A DNA stretch of 37,575 bases from Trypethelium eluteriae (lineage: Eukaryota), in contig JAVECL010000193.1 of the NCBI GenBank assembly GCA_051942245.1, forward strand, positions 1 through 37,575, in the 5' to 3' direction. The notes under the pieces are model-generated. The model ran no database searches. It saw only the letters and a list, made by a program, of their open reading frames with translations, and had not been told where the DNA came from. Numbering within the stretch: the stretch's first letter is position 1; each line of letters begins with the position of its first letter. Position numbers and translations under genes: made by a program. Positions 10,886 through 24,638 of the stretch are shown here, one piece after another.

Positions 10886-13093
10886 CTAGATACCAGAATC
10901 GGTCTGATTGAACTTAAGATCCCATTTATCCCAATTAGCGCAAACTTTCTCAGTGACATTCAGAGCTCCTTTGCCGAGGGCAGAAGGGATCGCCTCTGTG
11001 CGCTCAAAGATCTGCAACGCAAGGCCGGAGGAGGCATGCCAAGCCTAAACAATTGTATCAGTCTCACGTCAAATACAGCATCCTTCGTACAAGCACATTC
11101 TAGCGCCATGGGACTGGACTTACGATATGACAATGCACCAACCAGATACCCGGATTGTCGGGCTGGAAGCCCAACGCGAGGTAACCGCCAGCGGGTAGCA
11201 GGGCGACGTCTCGTCTTGGCGGGTTCTTGAAGTTGAAACTTTGCAGGGCTTTCGAGGCGTCGAAGCTCGCATTGCTCTGATCAAGGATGACAAAGTCGTG
11301 GCCATGCATATGGATGGGGTGAGCAATGGGTACATTCTTCTTGGGGATGTTTCCGAGATTGATACCATCGACGACCAAGACAACAAAGTTTCCTTGGAAG
11401 TCATCTGCGATGGTTCAGTATAGATTTTGGTCATTACTTTGCATCTATAACGACCGAAAATCGACTTACAGTTGATCGCGGCGTAGTTCGGATCATTCAA
11501 CGTGCCACTAATATTCAGGAGCGAAGGATTGGAGTAATTCAAAAAGAGTGGTGTAAACGTCAATTCCCACCGATTGAAATGTTCGAAGGTAGCATTGCTA
11601 ATATCGGCAACGAAGGAATATTGATTCAGCTCAGCTTCAGTTTTTGCGTTGTCGAGGGAGGTGACATTCCATTGGACAACAGGTACAAGACTGTCGACTG
11701 GTTCATCAACACAATCGGTTTTACCATCATTCGCCACAGTGGTTGGTGGAAATGTGGTATTCGTGTAGCGTATGATCCCCGTTTCCTCATCGTCTTCCTC
11801 GACTGAACCACAACCCGTCGCTACCCGTGTCCGTATCCAGTATTGTCCCTGCGTAGAGGTGGTGTTCTGTTTGGCTGTAACTACCACTTGATAGCGTTGA
11901 CCTAGAAGAACTCTGTCAGCATCGGCGAATAAGCAAGCATAAGCATCCTACCAATGCCAATGAACAATGACCCTGTTGTGTATGGCTTGATGGGGACAAG
12001 GTCTGTGGCAATAACTTCAAGTTCATGCCCGTCGATGGAGAAGATGAACATGGACCCGGCAGAGGAGTTTACGAGACGGAGTAAATATCGTTTGCCGTAT
12101 TGGAAAGTTTTTACGAAGGGTCCACCGGCTGGGACAGGACTACCAGTAGTATTCACGGGGCAGCGGTTGTCTCGTACCTTAGCGATGGCAGTGTTGCAGC
12201 AGAATGGATCCAAGTCAGAGCATCTAAAATTACCTAGTGACTCACTCAGTAAATTCCAATCGAGAATGGGCCGGAGACAGCTTACCGGTTCCGTTGAATA
12301 CAATACTGTTCGCCAGTGGACCACCACCGACAAGTTCTTGGTTCAAGACGTCGGTACTGTTCGCGTGCACCCAATCGTTGATCAAGGCAGGGGAGAAGGC
12401 CTCGTCGTAGTTCGCACTGCTTGGTCCGTGAATGACAAGGCCGCCCATCACTCCGTCTGAGTACTGGGTCTGATAATGGCTATGGTACCAGGTATGGCCA
12501 TACTGCTGGGCCAGGAATTGATAAGTGAAGGTATCATTTTGTGCAATTGGACACTGGGTCACGCCATTGACGCCATCCATTTGATTTGTGCCCAGCTGTC
12601 GAATACCATGCCAGTGAATGGTAGAACCCTCAGTGCTGATGAAATTCGTTACATGCACTCGGATAGTATCCCCCCAGCAAGCTTCAAGAACAGGACCTGG
12701 ATAGGTATTATTGAATACCAGTCCCGTTGGTTTGAGATAGCCATCAGGAAAGAGTGGAGTCTCGGTAACATTCAACCAGTATTCTCGAAGGACACCAGTA
12801 GGCCAGGCATTTTCGTACTCTGTATAAATGTCATACTCACTAGGACCAGAAACCTTTCCAGTGTTCTTGAGCCAGCAAGTTCTATTGTTTGCGGAGCCGC
12901 AGGATGTCCACCCAGTCGGATATTGGCATGTGATGGAAGAATTAGGGGGTCTGAAAGAGGTGACAGCCACCAGAGGCTCCTCCGTTGACCCGTGCGTCAA
13001 ACTTAGGGGTTGCTGGTCTCGATTGTATCCATGCAGGGGATTAAAACTAGAAACGAAAAGAAAGGCATCCCAACATGCATTCAAGAAACCCAT
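10886..13093 (-). CDS. Laccase / multicopper oxidase (AA1); exons 13093-12286, 12233-11952, 11901-11470, 11404-11124, 11044-10886
   Basis: All four Cu-binding motifs: HWHG, WYHSH, HPIHMHGHDF and HCHI|AWHASSGL (split by the last intron); four GT-AG introns keep the frame; ascomycete laccase C-terminal DSGI then TAG. Confidence 0.95.
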
Positions 13094-16000
13094 ATTGTAT
13101 GTTTTCGAGAGGATAGGAAAGCTAACGTACGAACTACGGAAGCTGAGGGGTTTTGAGCAAATTTCAACTTACTCTTGGCGGGATTATAAGTCCTCTGAGA
13201 CGGCGGCGACGGCCGAATTACTGTATCGAGGCAATTGCGTTCCTCACTCAGCTCAGCTCATGGTGGAGTTGCATCCTTGGCATTTGGGCAAGCGGTCACC
13301 GCAGTTGGCCTATAATGAGGCTTGCATCGCGGACGCTCCAGAACCTCAGAAGTGCGACAGCGTAAGCCTACCAGCTGAGGGGTCTGAAGGCGAGGTATCC
13401 TAGATAGTTCCCAGCCTTCAGTTCCCGTAACTGGAGATGTAGACCAATACGCTTCCTTGAATCTGCTTTGCCGCGTGGGAATTGACTAAGTTGCAACAAG
13501 GCTGCGCGATCACGAGAAGGGGAGCTCCGAATGCGGCCAACGGAATGTTGTGTAACATGACGTGTGACTCAAAGAATCAGAATCTTCCAACGAGACCGGC
13601 CACAGGCTACCGCGCGTTGAAATGTACTCAGGGATTTGCGACGAAGCTGGAGAAAATACGAGCTGCAGAAGCCACACAGATGCCGTGAGGCCAGCAAAAA
13701 CGCGGGTGATAAGGGCTGTTAAGAAAATGCGGTAAGATATTAAGACAGCAAGACATAGAGGAATTCTCATTTTCCGCCATAAGGCATCTTTCGCAATCTG
13801 GGCGTTACTGGCCGCAAGCTAATCGGCGAAGATCGAGGATAGACAAGCTATACGTGGTCGAGGCGGGTTTACCTTGATGTAATTGGAGAGCGGGAGGAGA
13901 AGTGTGCACATTGCGGCGAGCTTGATCAGCTCTATAGGGCTGAGATGAAAATTTGCCGCTTTGCTCACGACGCTTACGTGAGGATGTTGCCGCGCGAATC
14001 GTGACTTGATCCCGGAAGGAGCAATTGGAAAGGATGAGGGATCAAAAGTTGCCGTATGATAGTACCGATGTACAGCAGGTTGAAGCCAGCGTTAGAAGAG
14101 GCAATGAGGCGATGGCAAAGCTCACCGGTAAGGCAATGGGGCAGAAGAAACTGGATCAATTAGGGAAACGCAAGAGTAGCGATGAGCATCCAATCGGTAG
14201 TTCATAAGTCCTTGACCCTTGGTACTGGAACCGGTGATTTCTGAGAAGATATCGCTCAACTCCAGAATTCCACAGCGGACTATGGAAAGGTTGAGGCCAC
14301 AGAAGTCCACACAAACTTTGCTTAGGTTATTTTCGGGGGGTTGATTTCTCCGCCGCCCATGCGTCGATCAGTGCCACGCTATCGTACCCCGGACTCGACC
14401 ACGGCATGCTTGATGACAGCGGCGCTCCCTTGGACGCCAATTGCTCAGCCCATATAACATTGCGGGACTTTGGCCGTCAGGTCGCTCGTGGCTTGCGCCC
14501 ACGAAAAGCATACTCATTCTCTGCGGGCACAGGAAGCGAACCCCGCTCGTTCACCAACAGCCTAGGAGGAAGGTACAGAGTGGCACCCAATGCGAGACCG
14601 ACACCACACGTTACAGCTGTAAGCACGGCTTGCATCATAGAAGCTGGATTCTGCCCGACAATTGCCGTTGCAGCTTCCCATTTTTGCATGTTCGAAGGGA
14701 TATGTCATGACGTGCTCGTCTCAGAGTCGTTATTAAGGCTTCAACTAAACGAGCCGATTTAGATATCGGTATCTTTGATATCCCTGATAGTGACATTATG
14801 TTCCCAGTAGTATAACCTCGCTGAGTTCGCGAATACCTTAGTTGCCTAACCGAATATCATCCACAGCTTTGAAGCTTGGGATTAGCCGGCACACATCCTT
14901 TTGCTGCGGACCTTCGGGTTTGCCTTTTCTTACTGTAGGTAGTAGGCGGATAACACAGCGTTACAAAAGCATGTCAGAGGTAGCTCTTGAAGAGCATTCC
15001 CGAAGCTGTTATAAAAGACGGGACTAGACTCCCTCATTGAACCGCATGGAGTACCGCAGAACTCACTGTTCGAGACTACTCGCCTATTGCCCCCTTCACT
15101 GCAAGAAAATTTCGGGTAAGAAGCAGTACAATGCAAAGGGGGCCGAAGGATCAAAGCCGAGATCCCCCGCTCTGACGGTATCTTGCACACTCACCACGCT
15201 TCGCCGGCAGAAGGCACCTGGGTTTAGCATAAGATCTCTGACACACAAGGAATCTCAGACAACTTTAGACGCAAACTGACTCCGAACTCCGACCGAACTG
15301 CAACCAAGTCCTCTAAATCCACGCTTCGGACTATGGTCGATGGTGTTTAGGACATATCTGCATCCATAGATAGCATACGGGGGAGTCCCTAGCAGCAAAA
15401 TAGTCTTTGGCCAGTTTTCTGACAAGAGTTCGCGTGTAATATCTTGATGCAGGTGCTCGAGTTTGTGTACTTCTTAGCCGCCATCATTACTCTGTTGACT
15501 GGTCAGAAAATGCTAGCAATCATGGTTGCAGCTGTATTACATTCCATTACCCTTGCAACGTAAAAGTTCTAAGTACTCTGCTGATGCAGGATCTAAGAAC
15601 ATCAAGATCATGGAGGAGATCCGCTTGCAGTGTTGGTGGCGTTGGTTGCGAATGAAAGCGCAGAGGAGATACTAGCATTCAGATGGTTACGGCAGCTTAG
15701 AGCGTAGCGCGACGTACTTGACGCTTATTTGATACCTGTTTCAGTGTAGGGTGTCGGAATTCTCCTGATGTAAGCAGGTTTCGATGATAAAGTGCAGTCT
15801 CGGTACACGGTTAACAGGCCCACGACGTGGAGGCCTGAGACATGGGTACAGATCACCTCTTCGCTTAGTGAAGGTCATTGTCGGGGTGATTTCCTCGCTG
15901 CAATAGCGCACCATTGACGGATGTAGTCGTGCTTGTGAGATGCTCACAATCGCTTTGCAATCTCAGCTAAGAACATTGCCTCGGAAGATTGTTTGACATA

Positions 16001-16439
16001 TTGCCAACGGCAAGACGCGTAGAAAGTCGGAAGTTGAGATTGGTATGAAGCTTGTCTTCAAAGTAATTTCCTCGATCAAAGTCCTACCATGAAGAGGTCA
16101 GCTATTATATCTTGAACAACCTATTCCCGAAACTTGAATTTGCCGACATCGACGTGAACGAACGTTCATAGATAGTTCAATCTTTACACTTCAGAACGGG
16201 CACGTTGTGTAAAAGACACCAATAAGGAGTAGGTGAATTTGACCTAATCGACGGCCACGGTGTATGATATGGAACTGAAAGTGCTCGTTAGAACTACCAT
16301 AGGTCCTCTTAGGGACATTCTGCCCTGTCAGGTGTCCAGTTCTCGTGCATGTACAAAGTGTGTCTCTAGCTGCGGACCTCCCCCCCCCCCCGGCGAGCAG
16401 GATAATCTGTTTGCTTCAACGGAGCCTAGACTCCTATCC

Positions 16440-17460
16440 GAAAAATAGATGGACTGTTGGCCCAAGAAATCCGGAGCATTTCTAACCCCATCCTGCAACA
16501 GATCCAGATCGGCCTGGCCGCTCGACAAAGCCAGCAAATGCAGCGGAGTCGGATCTTCGGGTGAGCATGTTGGCCAGTGCATCGCTGGCGGGGCCGTTCC
16601 TTTCATGTTCAGGTCCAGAGTGAACATGAACGCTATATAGTAGCTCTGAATCATCGGCGTGGGCGGAGGAGTCGATACCAACATCCCATACGCGTAGATA
16701 ACACCGGCGGCGTGGAACGTTCCTACAGTTGCTATGCCGCAGAAGTAGCTGGCAAGGTACTACCATGTTGGGATGTCAGCGACTACTTCTGTAAGGTAGT
16801 TACGCGAGGGAAGCGTGAAGGGCAGGCGGATAGCGGTGGCGGCAAGTCGCCTAAAGCCGGGCTAAATTTGGTTCGCGACGGAGCTATTGAATGGGATGAC
16901 TACTTCGCCAAGGCATTTGGAGTAATCCGAGATAAAGCTTGTGACGTCCGAGATGGCATTGGGAACTGTATCGACAAAGTGCTGAGCTTTAGGTCCAATG
17001 ATACTATCAGTGAGAACGATGGAGCCCAAATCCGTAATAGCACCATGGAATAGAGGGTTCCTATTGCACGTGTTATTACCACCACGTGTGATAGTATGAT
17101 AAAAAACAGAGATGCTGCCTGCGATTCCGAGGATGATGTTGTGGTCGAAGGCCCCTGCGCATTGAGCGTCCGACAATCCTCACCTGCGTTTTTTCTGTAA
17201 AGGGTGTCTGTAATGAAAACCGAGCCAGGGAAATCTACGAGGCTGCTGTGATTCGTTGAGAGGAGAGGTTCGGTGCATGGCCTGGGGGTTCTTGTAGCAG
17301 TTGTAACTTCGAAGCTGGCGTCCATAGACTATGGAGGCTTGAAGCGCATGTCGGCAACCGGAGGTTGGGCAAACGAGATTTCTTGAACTGAGTCGCCGCT
17401 ATCAGAGCCTGATTCTAGGATGGTTCCATTCTCGATGGTCACGGAGAGACCAAGCTATCT
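16440..17460 (-). pseudogene. Type-B carboxylesterase / fungal triacylglycerol lipase pseudogene
   Basis: Fragments VTIENGTI, SFAQPPVADMRFKPP*, GEDCRTLN, ES(fs)AGSISVF, PLFHGAITDLGS, PGFRRLAA, W*YLASY, GTFH, IQSYYIAFMFTLDLN and HWP; stops at 17329-31, 16862-64 and 16760-62; a frameshift and two large internal deletions. Ends approximate. Confidence 0.85.
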
Positions 17461-20296
17461 TTCTTCAGGAGTTTGCAAGCAATTTCTGCAAAAGGTGAAG
17501 TACAGGCATATTGCAGCTTATGATTTAGCAGCTAATCGATAGTCGCGAAAAGATGCCTCATCTTCGACAAAAGGCAGGTCCGAAGGATTGTGTTACCCCT
17601 TTGTCATTAGCCCCTACCGTCACCGAATGCTTTGCCCGATTATGTATGGCAAGCCGGCGTCCGAGCTGCAGTATCTGCACTTGCATACCCATACAATAGC
17701 CATTGTGACCAGCGGACTGATATTGGCAGTGTGATGACTGCAAGGCTCCGGCTGTGGTAGTTTACGTCGGATTCGAGAATGCGAAACACGACAGACGGTC
17801 GAGATCGAGACGAAATGTCGTCGTGGACTAGCGCAAAGTCAGGAATGCTGGGGATGACGGTTCGGTGCTTCCAAGGTTGGAAGGGACAAGGACGGGATGA
17901 TTTTGTCCCGTATCCATCCGACCTCTCTTGTCATCCCGCACTCCTTCCGCCTGCATACCTTTCCTTCTTCTCTGCATTCCATCCCTTCCCTTTGTTGTCC
18001 CCTGTCTGCATACTAGAAGTCTCGACACACTACTTCCTTCCGTACTTGGTGTAATCATGCCCTGCTTTTGAAAGAACCTCTTTAGCCCAACTTAGACTTC
18101 GCAGTCTGTCCCTTTGACCTTACTATGTATATGCCATTTGCAGATTACAGCAGCAAACCAAATCTGAGTGTCATTTTAATCTTCGACGAGACCATGAAAA
18201 CATCAGCGAGAAAGATTCTAGCACTCTGGCTACGGGCGCTCATAGAAAATACGTTTTCATTTCAAGGGATATCAAATCAATAAATCTCCTGATCCTGGTC
18301 ACATATAAAGTCGCACACGCACACGGTAGCGTGAAGCCGAATGCTTCACTCGGATAGCAGCCTCGAGAGGTCCTATTCCTGGAATTGCCCTTGTATTGGA
18401 TTTATTGCTCGACATCGAAGTGGCATTCTCCAATGGATACGAACGACAATTCTGCGAGATTGCGACGGTAAGAATCGGAGCCGCAGCTTCTCGTCTTCCT
18501 AACCTATGAATGCGGATAATAAGAAAAAAAAATTCGGATGAGACTCAGAATGGAAGTGTTGATCAATTCTCAGAGCATCATGTCCATCGTGGTCTCGAAA
18601 TGATCTCAAGAAAGCCCACAGGAAGCCAACGGGAAAGGCTAAAAGGAAAAAGAAGGGCTGGATCCCCCAGGATCCTATCTGGATACGGCTTGTCCATTCC
18701 ATAATCTATATTCCTTCCGCATGACCACAAGCAGATCATCGTATCAATCCTTGACCGTGTTCTGTTCTTTCTAGTCCTACTCTTCCCAGCCTGAAGGTCT
18801 GGATAGGCTTCATATTGAATGGGTATTGCGGACCAGATCGCCTTGATGTATCGGTTCTCCCTACTTCAGCTTCGAGATTTGTTTGCTCTCTCGGTCGACT
18901 GGCATGCTGCAAGGCGGATTGAGAACTCATTCAACAATCAAACTCCAGCCCATTGCCGTGTTCTAAGAGAGCATCATCGACATCGCACAACCGCCCTAGT
19001 CGGTTTACGGTCAGTGCTTTCTGGACTGGGCAGAAGATCAGATCATGATGCTGAAGTCAAACTTTGCCATTCTTATATGCCATGCTGCTTTGGTACATTC
19101 GCTTCCACATAGTCTTGAAGTGTCCGAGATCGTTCTCATGGAGCTTTCGTCGCTACACCTCTCGGCAAGCCCTGGCTGACGAATTTTCCACAATGTTCAG
19201 AGCGTTGCGAACTGCGTCTTCATCCTTCATCAGCATAAGCAGACAGTCTTCACCCTACCTCGAAGCCTAACTCTCACACGACATTCGAAAAGGGCTTTTG
19301 TCCGGCGTCTTCGCATTTTTCACCATGACCCTGCACTTTCCAAGCAATTATCCAAGAGCTTCGCCGGAACCAACGTTCGCCCCACGATACTTTGATGTGC
19401 ATCAATCGTCCTCCCAAATCTGCACATCTGTGGCCTCCGTCGTTGCGTCTTCATGATGTTGTGCCGTCGAAGAGATAGGCTGCAATCGTGGACTTGGAGC
19501 TAGGCTTGATGCACCTGCAGATTCAAGTAGCCATGCACCAGCGAATAACAGTTATCCTTGCTTTGAGGAGCTGCATTACATCACTTCTGTGACTGCAAGT
19601 ATCTCATCGACGATTGGACTAGGACCATTATGGGAATCACACGACTTCGGTTTGCCTTCGGAAGAAGCGCGCTCTCACGAACACTCTTGGGAACACTCTC
19701 GCGACCCCCTGAATCCAGCACGCAAGCCTTTGACTCAGACAAAGGACTGAGTCTCCTTGATACCTAATGATGAGCGGTACTGAGGCTACTTGAAATGCAA
19801 CGTCGGTCCATCATCGGTCAGAAAGGAAGACTACGAACCTATCTTCACGCGGGGACGGCTGGTTGCTAAGCTTTGTCTGCAACCGTCTTGCGCTATTCAA
19901 ATAGGGCGTTCGCAGTCCGTCTATCCATGTGATATGCGAGATTGCTGGTACTAGCCTCGTGACTATAGCGGCATCACGATGGCCGCTTGAACACACTTTG
20001 CTCTCGTGGTTATATGATTGCCTGATATTCCGGTGGCGTCGATGATCACAATCGAAAACCTTAAAACTAGGTGCAAGTTTGCTCAGGAGTAACCCAAAAC
20101 TTTCAAGGCTTTATCTGTGGAGACTCATTCTAGGAAGTCCGCGAGGAAATTGCGTAGTCTTGCGCATAAGCTCCGGAGCATGGGAACAGTGTCATTGGAA
20201 ACACCCACGGACAACTACACCCACCGATCTGCCTTCGCCCACCGTCAAGCACCACGCAACAATCCTCAGTCCGCCTGTTCCCCAAATCCTGCCGCA

Positions 20297-21669
20297 ATGG
20301 AGGCTAGTCAGGAAGCGAAAACGTCTCTAGAGAGCCTTAGTAATGAGTTACTCTACCAAATTGCATCAGAATATCTTCATTATGGCACCGAAACCAGCAT
20401 TTTTCTAGCTACGCCTGATTTTCAGGACTTGAGAATCAGCAGCCCTGATTCCACGACTCTATACTACAGAGCTCGACCGTTGAAGTCATTCTCTATGGTC
20501 AACAGCCGTATGAGAACCGTTGCGGGCCCCCTCCTGTTTCGAACGTTGGACTTTAGCGGAACATTCAAGACAATCCTAACATGTCTGGCCGATATTACCA
20601 CATATGACATCGTGTTGTTTGGACTTAGGTACGAAATACGTTCTTCTGATTTTTGGTATCAACACTCATAAATATGAAAAGGAAGCTATCGATCTACATC
20701 AAAGAGTCTGAAAATCCGATCTCCTCTCCACTTCAAGTGCCTCACGAAATTCCGACTTTGATCCTCAAGGCACCGCATCTCCAGATGCTTGCACTTTCTG
20801 TTACACCAAGGCACGCAATGGCATGCAAAGTCGCCTTTGACCAATCAAAAGCTATATTTCCATCGATCAGGATACTAGGCGTTGGCATGCTCTCCCACTG
20901 GCTCATCCGCCTGTGTCCCGAAGTTACCACAATCTTGGCCATGGATCATATTGATGACGAACAACATCTGTCACAAATGAATCAGAATGATCTTATCTCT
21001 GAGCTGCATCGTGCGACGTATCTTAAAGGCCTGAAGATGTCACTGCCAGAGTCGTTTACGATCAATAGTAAGTCGAAAGACCATGGCAATGCTGTTGACA
21101 GGTCGGCTAACCAGGATAAGCCATGCTGAAGGCTATCCCTCAAATCGAAAGCCTTGATTTTGGAAAGTGCGTTGGAGGGAATACCCTGGACCTCTTTCAG
21201 CAGGCACCGGGTCAAAATTTCAGGGTAATTACCCACCAGCTGTTGTGCTATGGCCTCTTACTGACCGAACACTCAGGCACTATTGTCCAGTCTACGAGGG
21301 TTCAGGAGCTTGAAGCTGGTCGCCTTTCCCGACATCAGTACCCTTGGAATTGGATACAAGCATCCCGAACATGCTGATGGTGTTACCCGGCCCGACAACA
21401 CCAAGACTGAGGACATGATGACGCTCTCGGAACGCGTCGAAAAAGAGATGGCCGAACACAATCTTGCACGCGATATCTTCGTTACCATCCTTTCCCTAGA
21501 ATGCGTCTACTTTGGTATCGGGAAAATCAAAGCATGGAAAAGGCCGGATGAGGAGGGGAAACCACGCATCTACTTCTGGCACAAATGGGATGTGCCACCC
21601 AGCGAAGAACCTCACGATGATGGCTTCAACACGGTCATTGTCACCGTAGGAGCACTACACATTACATAA
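20297..21669 (+). CDS. F-box-like domain protein with LRR-like C-terminal region; exons 20297-20628, 20682-21067, 21121-21224, 21277-21669
   Basis: N-terminal SLESLSNELLYQIASEYL and LKSFSMVNSRMRTVAGPLLFRTL are typical of fungal F-box-like proteins; three GT-AG introns (CTAAC and CTGAC branch sites in introns 2 and 3) join four ORF-track pieces in frame. Confidence 0.7.
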
Positions 21670-24638
21670 GCAGCGTGTCATCTACCTTACCGTCCTTGTA
21701 GGCTTCACTTGTCGGAACTCGGACCGTGATTTGGTAAAATACCGTGGAAAACCGAACAAGGAAAGATGGGACTATCAGTAAACAGTTCATATACTGTTGA
21801 GGAAGTCACAATCGGTTTTAGAAACCTCCTATGTGCGGCCAGGTACCCCTCGCTTCTTTCTTTCTTCTTTTGTACCTAGACACTCCACTCTCAGATACAC
21901 TACAATTCAGAGGCACATGGCTCTCATCTTTTGTCCCTACACTTAGTGCCTCCTTCGAATCCCTACGGTCATAACTCTGAAGTAGGATCAAGGCTTTCTT
22001 TCGGGGGTACTGACTTAGAGGTAGCTTAGCAGAAGTAGCAAGTCCAGGCTCCAGTGGCAAGTTTCCGCTAATGCATTGTCATGGCATGATGATCCCAAGG
22101 TTTCCTCACTAATTTATCGACTTCTTGAACAAGATTTGTCTTCCCTATCATGCAAGTTTCATTAGACGGTTTGGGTGTGTCGGAAGATGACAAGGTCGAG
22201 CTACAATAGGGTTGTCTAACTCCATTATCACTATTCTCATTGATCTACGTGAAGAGGGAGGAGCGAGAGGTAGTGCGCGTGAGTATCGACAGTTTTTTAA
22301 GCTTCTTCACATTTTATCTAGAGACCTTCGGGCATTAGACCATTAATGAATCTTTGTGTACACATTTAGTCACTTTCGGGACCACCAACAATCTATCATG
22401 ATTTCGGTGCTAATGCATAACGAAAGGCCATGAGACAATGACAACATCAACTATAGCCTCCCTTGTTTGCTCCAAAGCACAATGGAGGCAGCATTTTGCA
22501 TCGAGATTGTCTTGTCGAATGCTCCATAGGCACAACATAGCAGTTGAGCGGTCGAATTTTTGTGTTATTATGAGTAAAATTAAGTTACCCTCTGCGGACC
22601 CAGGAGATATATTGCTTATCGGGAAGACTCTATTGTCCGGCCATATTGTCAAAGTAGAGCTTGATAGATGAAGGCGAGCTTCAGTTTTTTTTTCTCTCTT
22701 CTTTTTTTTTTCCAGAGCAATGGGACTTGCGATTAATCGAGCGAGTTCAGGGCTCACGTTTGTGCCGTTGTACCGCATACCTTACTCGGAGTTCAAAGCC
22801 CGACGCTCTTTTTGAAACTGTGAGAAGCAGGTCGAATCGGCCCCAATGGCTGATACTCTACCTGCACCGTTGCTTTGAGCTGTCGAGATTTCCGCAACCA
22901 CCGGTCTTCGAAAATTGAACAGTTCGCTATCATCGAATAGTCCCGATGAGGAAGGTCGAGGGTGCCATTGAGCAACTCAAACCCGAGAATCTATCAAGAC
23001 AATTTGAAGGTTTCAAGCGTAAGGAGCTAAGCAAATCGCTCTAGCGTACCAGTTCGGGAAATTTTTACTTTCATAAAGACAGCATTCCATTAGCTTATTG
23101 CGGCAGAGTAAGGAAACGAGCAAGACACTCTCAGCTACTGCGACCATCTCAGCATTTTGAACCATCGTTGAACAATCATCGAGAGTCGGGGGCACCGAAC
23201 TGGCATACGCAATGATTGTGGACGAAGTCGAGATTCAACGGGACTACTCCCGAAACCGCTAACGTCGGCTGCGCCCAACCAATCCGTCGGGTCACTCGCA
23301 TAGGGCATCGTATGACATTCTATGAACCCGAGATGCCGACTTCCTTTGTGACACAATCTAGTTTAGCGGCTTTTCCTTGTTTGTTCAAGACTGACGCGTG
23401 GATGAAGCTTATTCTGGCCCGCTCCGGAGCGGTCTTCTCGTTACCACAGGGTGACAGAGTGATCATCGTAATTACCGGAGCTTCAGATTTACGACATGCC
23501 AATGGATTCAGGAGAAGGCCAGGGTATGTCAGTATGACACGGAGTACTCACCAGATAGTTGCTAGCGCATCCGCTGTGTCCTGATCCCCACTCGTGAAAT
23601 ACCCTGTGTGGACACTCCGTATATGTAAGACGAACATTAGGATCTTGGAATCTAGACTTGATTTCTGTCTGTAGAGGCATTAAGCTCTGCAAAGGTTTAT
23701 GGATTGATAGTTCCCATCCCAGATGTTGTTGTTCATACTGTCGGTTGCGGTTGGAATAGCATTTTTCCCCTATCCCACCACAATGGCTCCGGGAGAAGAG
23801 ATGCTTTAGCACGCAGACGCGAGTGTCCTCGCGCTCTTTGCCGTCGGCTTGATCGGCTCCATAAGCTCGCGTGGAACGGACGCAAGCATCCATTCATGCA
23901 GTCGCGCTACCGTAGATGATGTATGATTGCAGATGTCGAGGACGAAACCGGCGACAGATGTTGAGATGGTGGTGACCCGACAGTCTGGCTCCGATGCTGT
24001 AGTCGTAGTTAGCGCGTTTCCCGCGGGGTCTGCATCTTTTCCATCGTTCAACCCTTCGCCGCCAAGTCATCCCGTACTCCGTACCTCAACCAGTACCGCC
24101 TGCAACATATATTGATCTTGGATGTATGCATGCCGTCGCTCAAGGATGCTCATCCATTGCCGGGGCTTCGTGCAATGCCAGCCTGCCATTGCTGCGTATT
24201 GTCCATTCTATACGATACGCATGCTTCCTTTCAACGAACCGAGGCAATATTAAGCCGAACAATGATCCAAATCATTATGGTATCGGCAGAGCCCATTTCA
24301 ACGGACAGTCCAGCATGCGCCTAGATCTGAGATAGAGACGTTGGGTTGCTATTCCGGCACTTTCGACGAGAGTCATGTCCTCGCAGGACCGGCGACCATC
24401 GCTCTAACCTTTGGAGTCGAGAATCAAGAATGGAGAACCGAGTGTCAGGGGTTGATAGCACTTTCGAGCAAGGCTAAGTCATCACAGTTCATTCTCCAAT
24501 CTGGAGGAGTTACGCAAGTACTTCGCGCATCACATGATGTCATTCAATTTCCAACACGTCTCCATCTTCCTCATTCAAGCGTCAGGTATCAAAGTTCATT
24601 TCGTCTTAGACCCTGAGCAGGCCCCCTACCCTGCCAAC

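Noticed and set aside
10330..10959. 209-aa minus-strand ORF after the laccase
   Set aside because: Overlaps the last laccase exon in another frame; no motif; the laccase ends canonically at DSGI.
13902..13908. MRE-like TGCACAC upstream of the laccase
   Set aside because: Single short motif expected by chance.
16380..16391. C12 run (also T runs at ~22685-22711)
   Set aside because: Ordinary homopolymers with no associated retroelement or target-site duplication seen.
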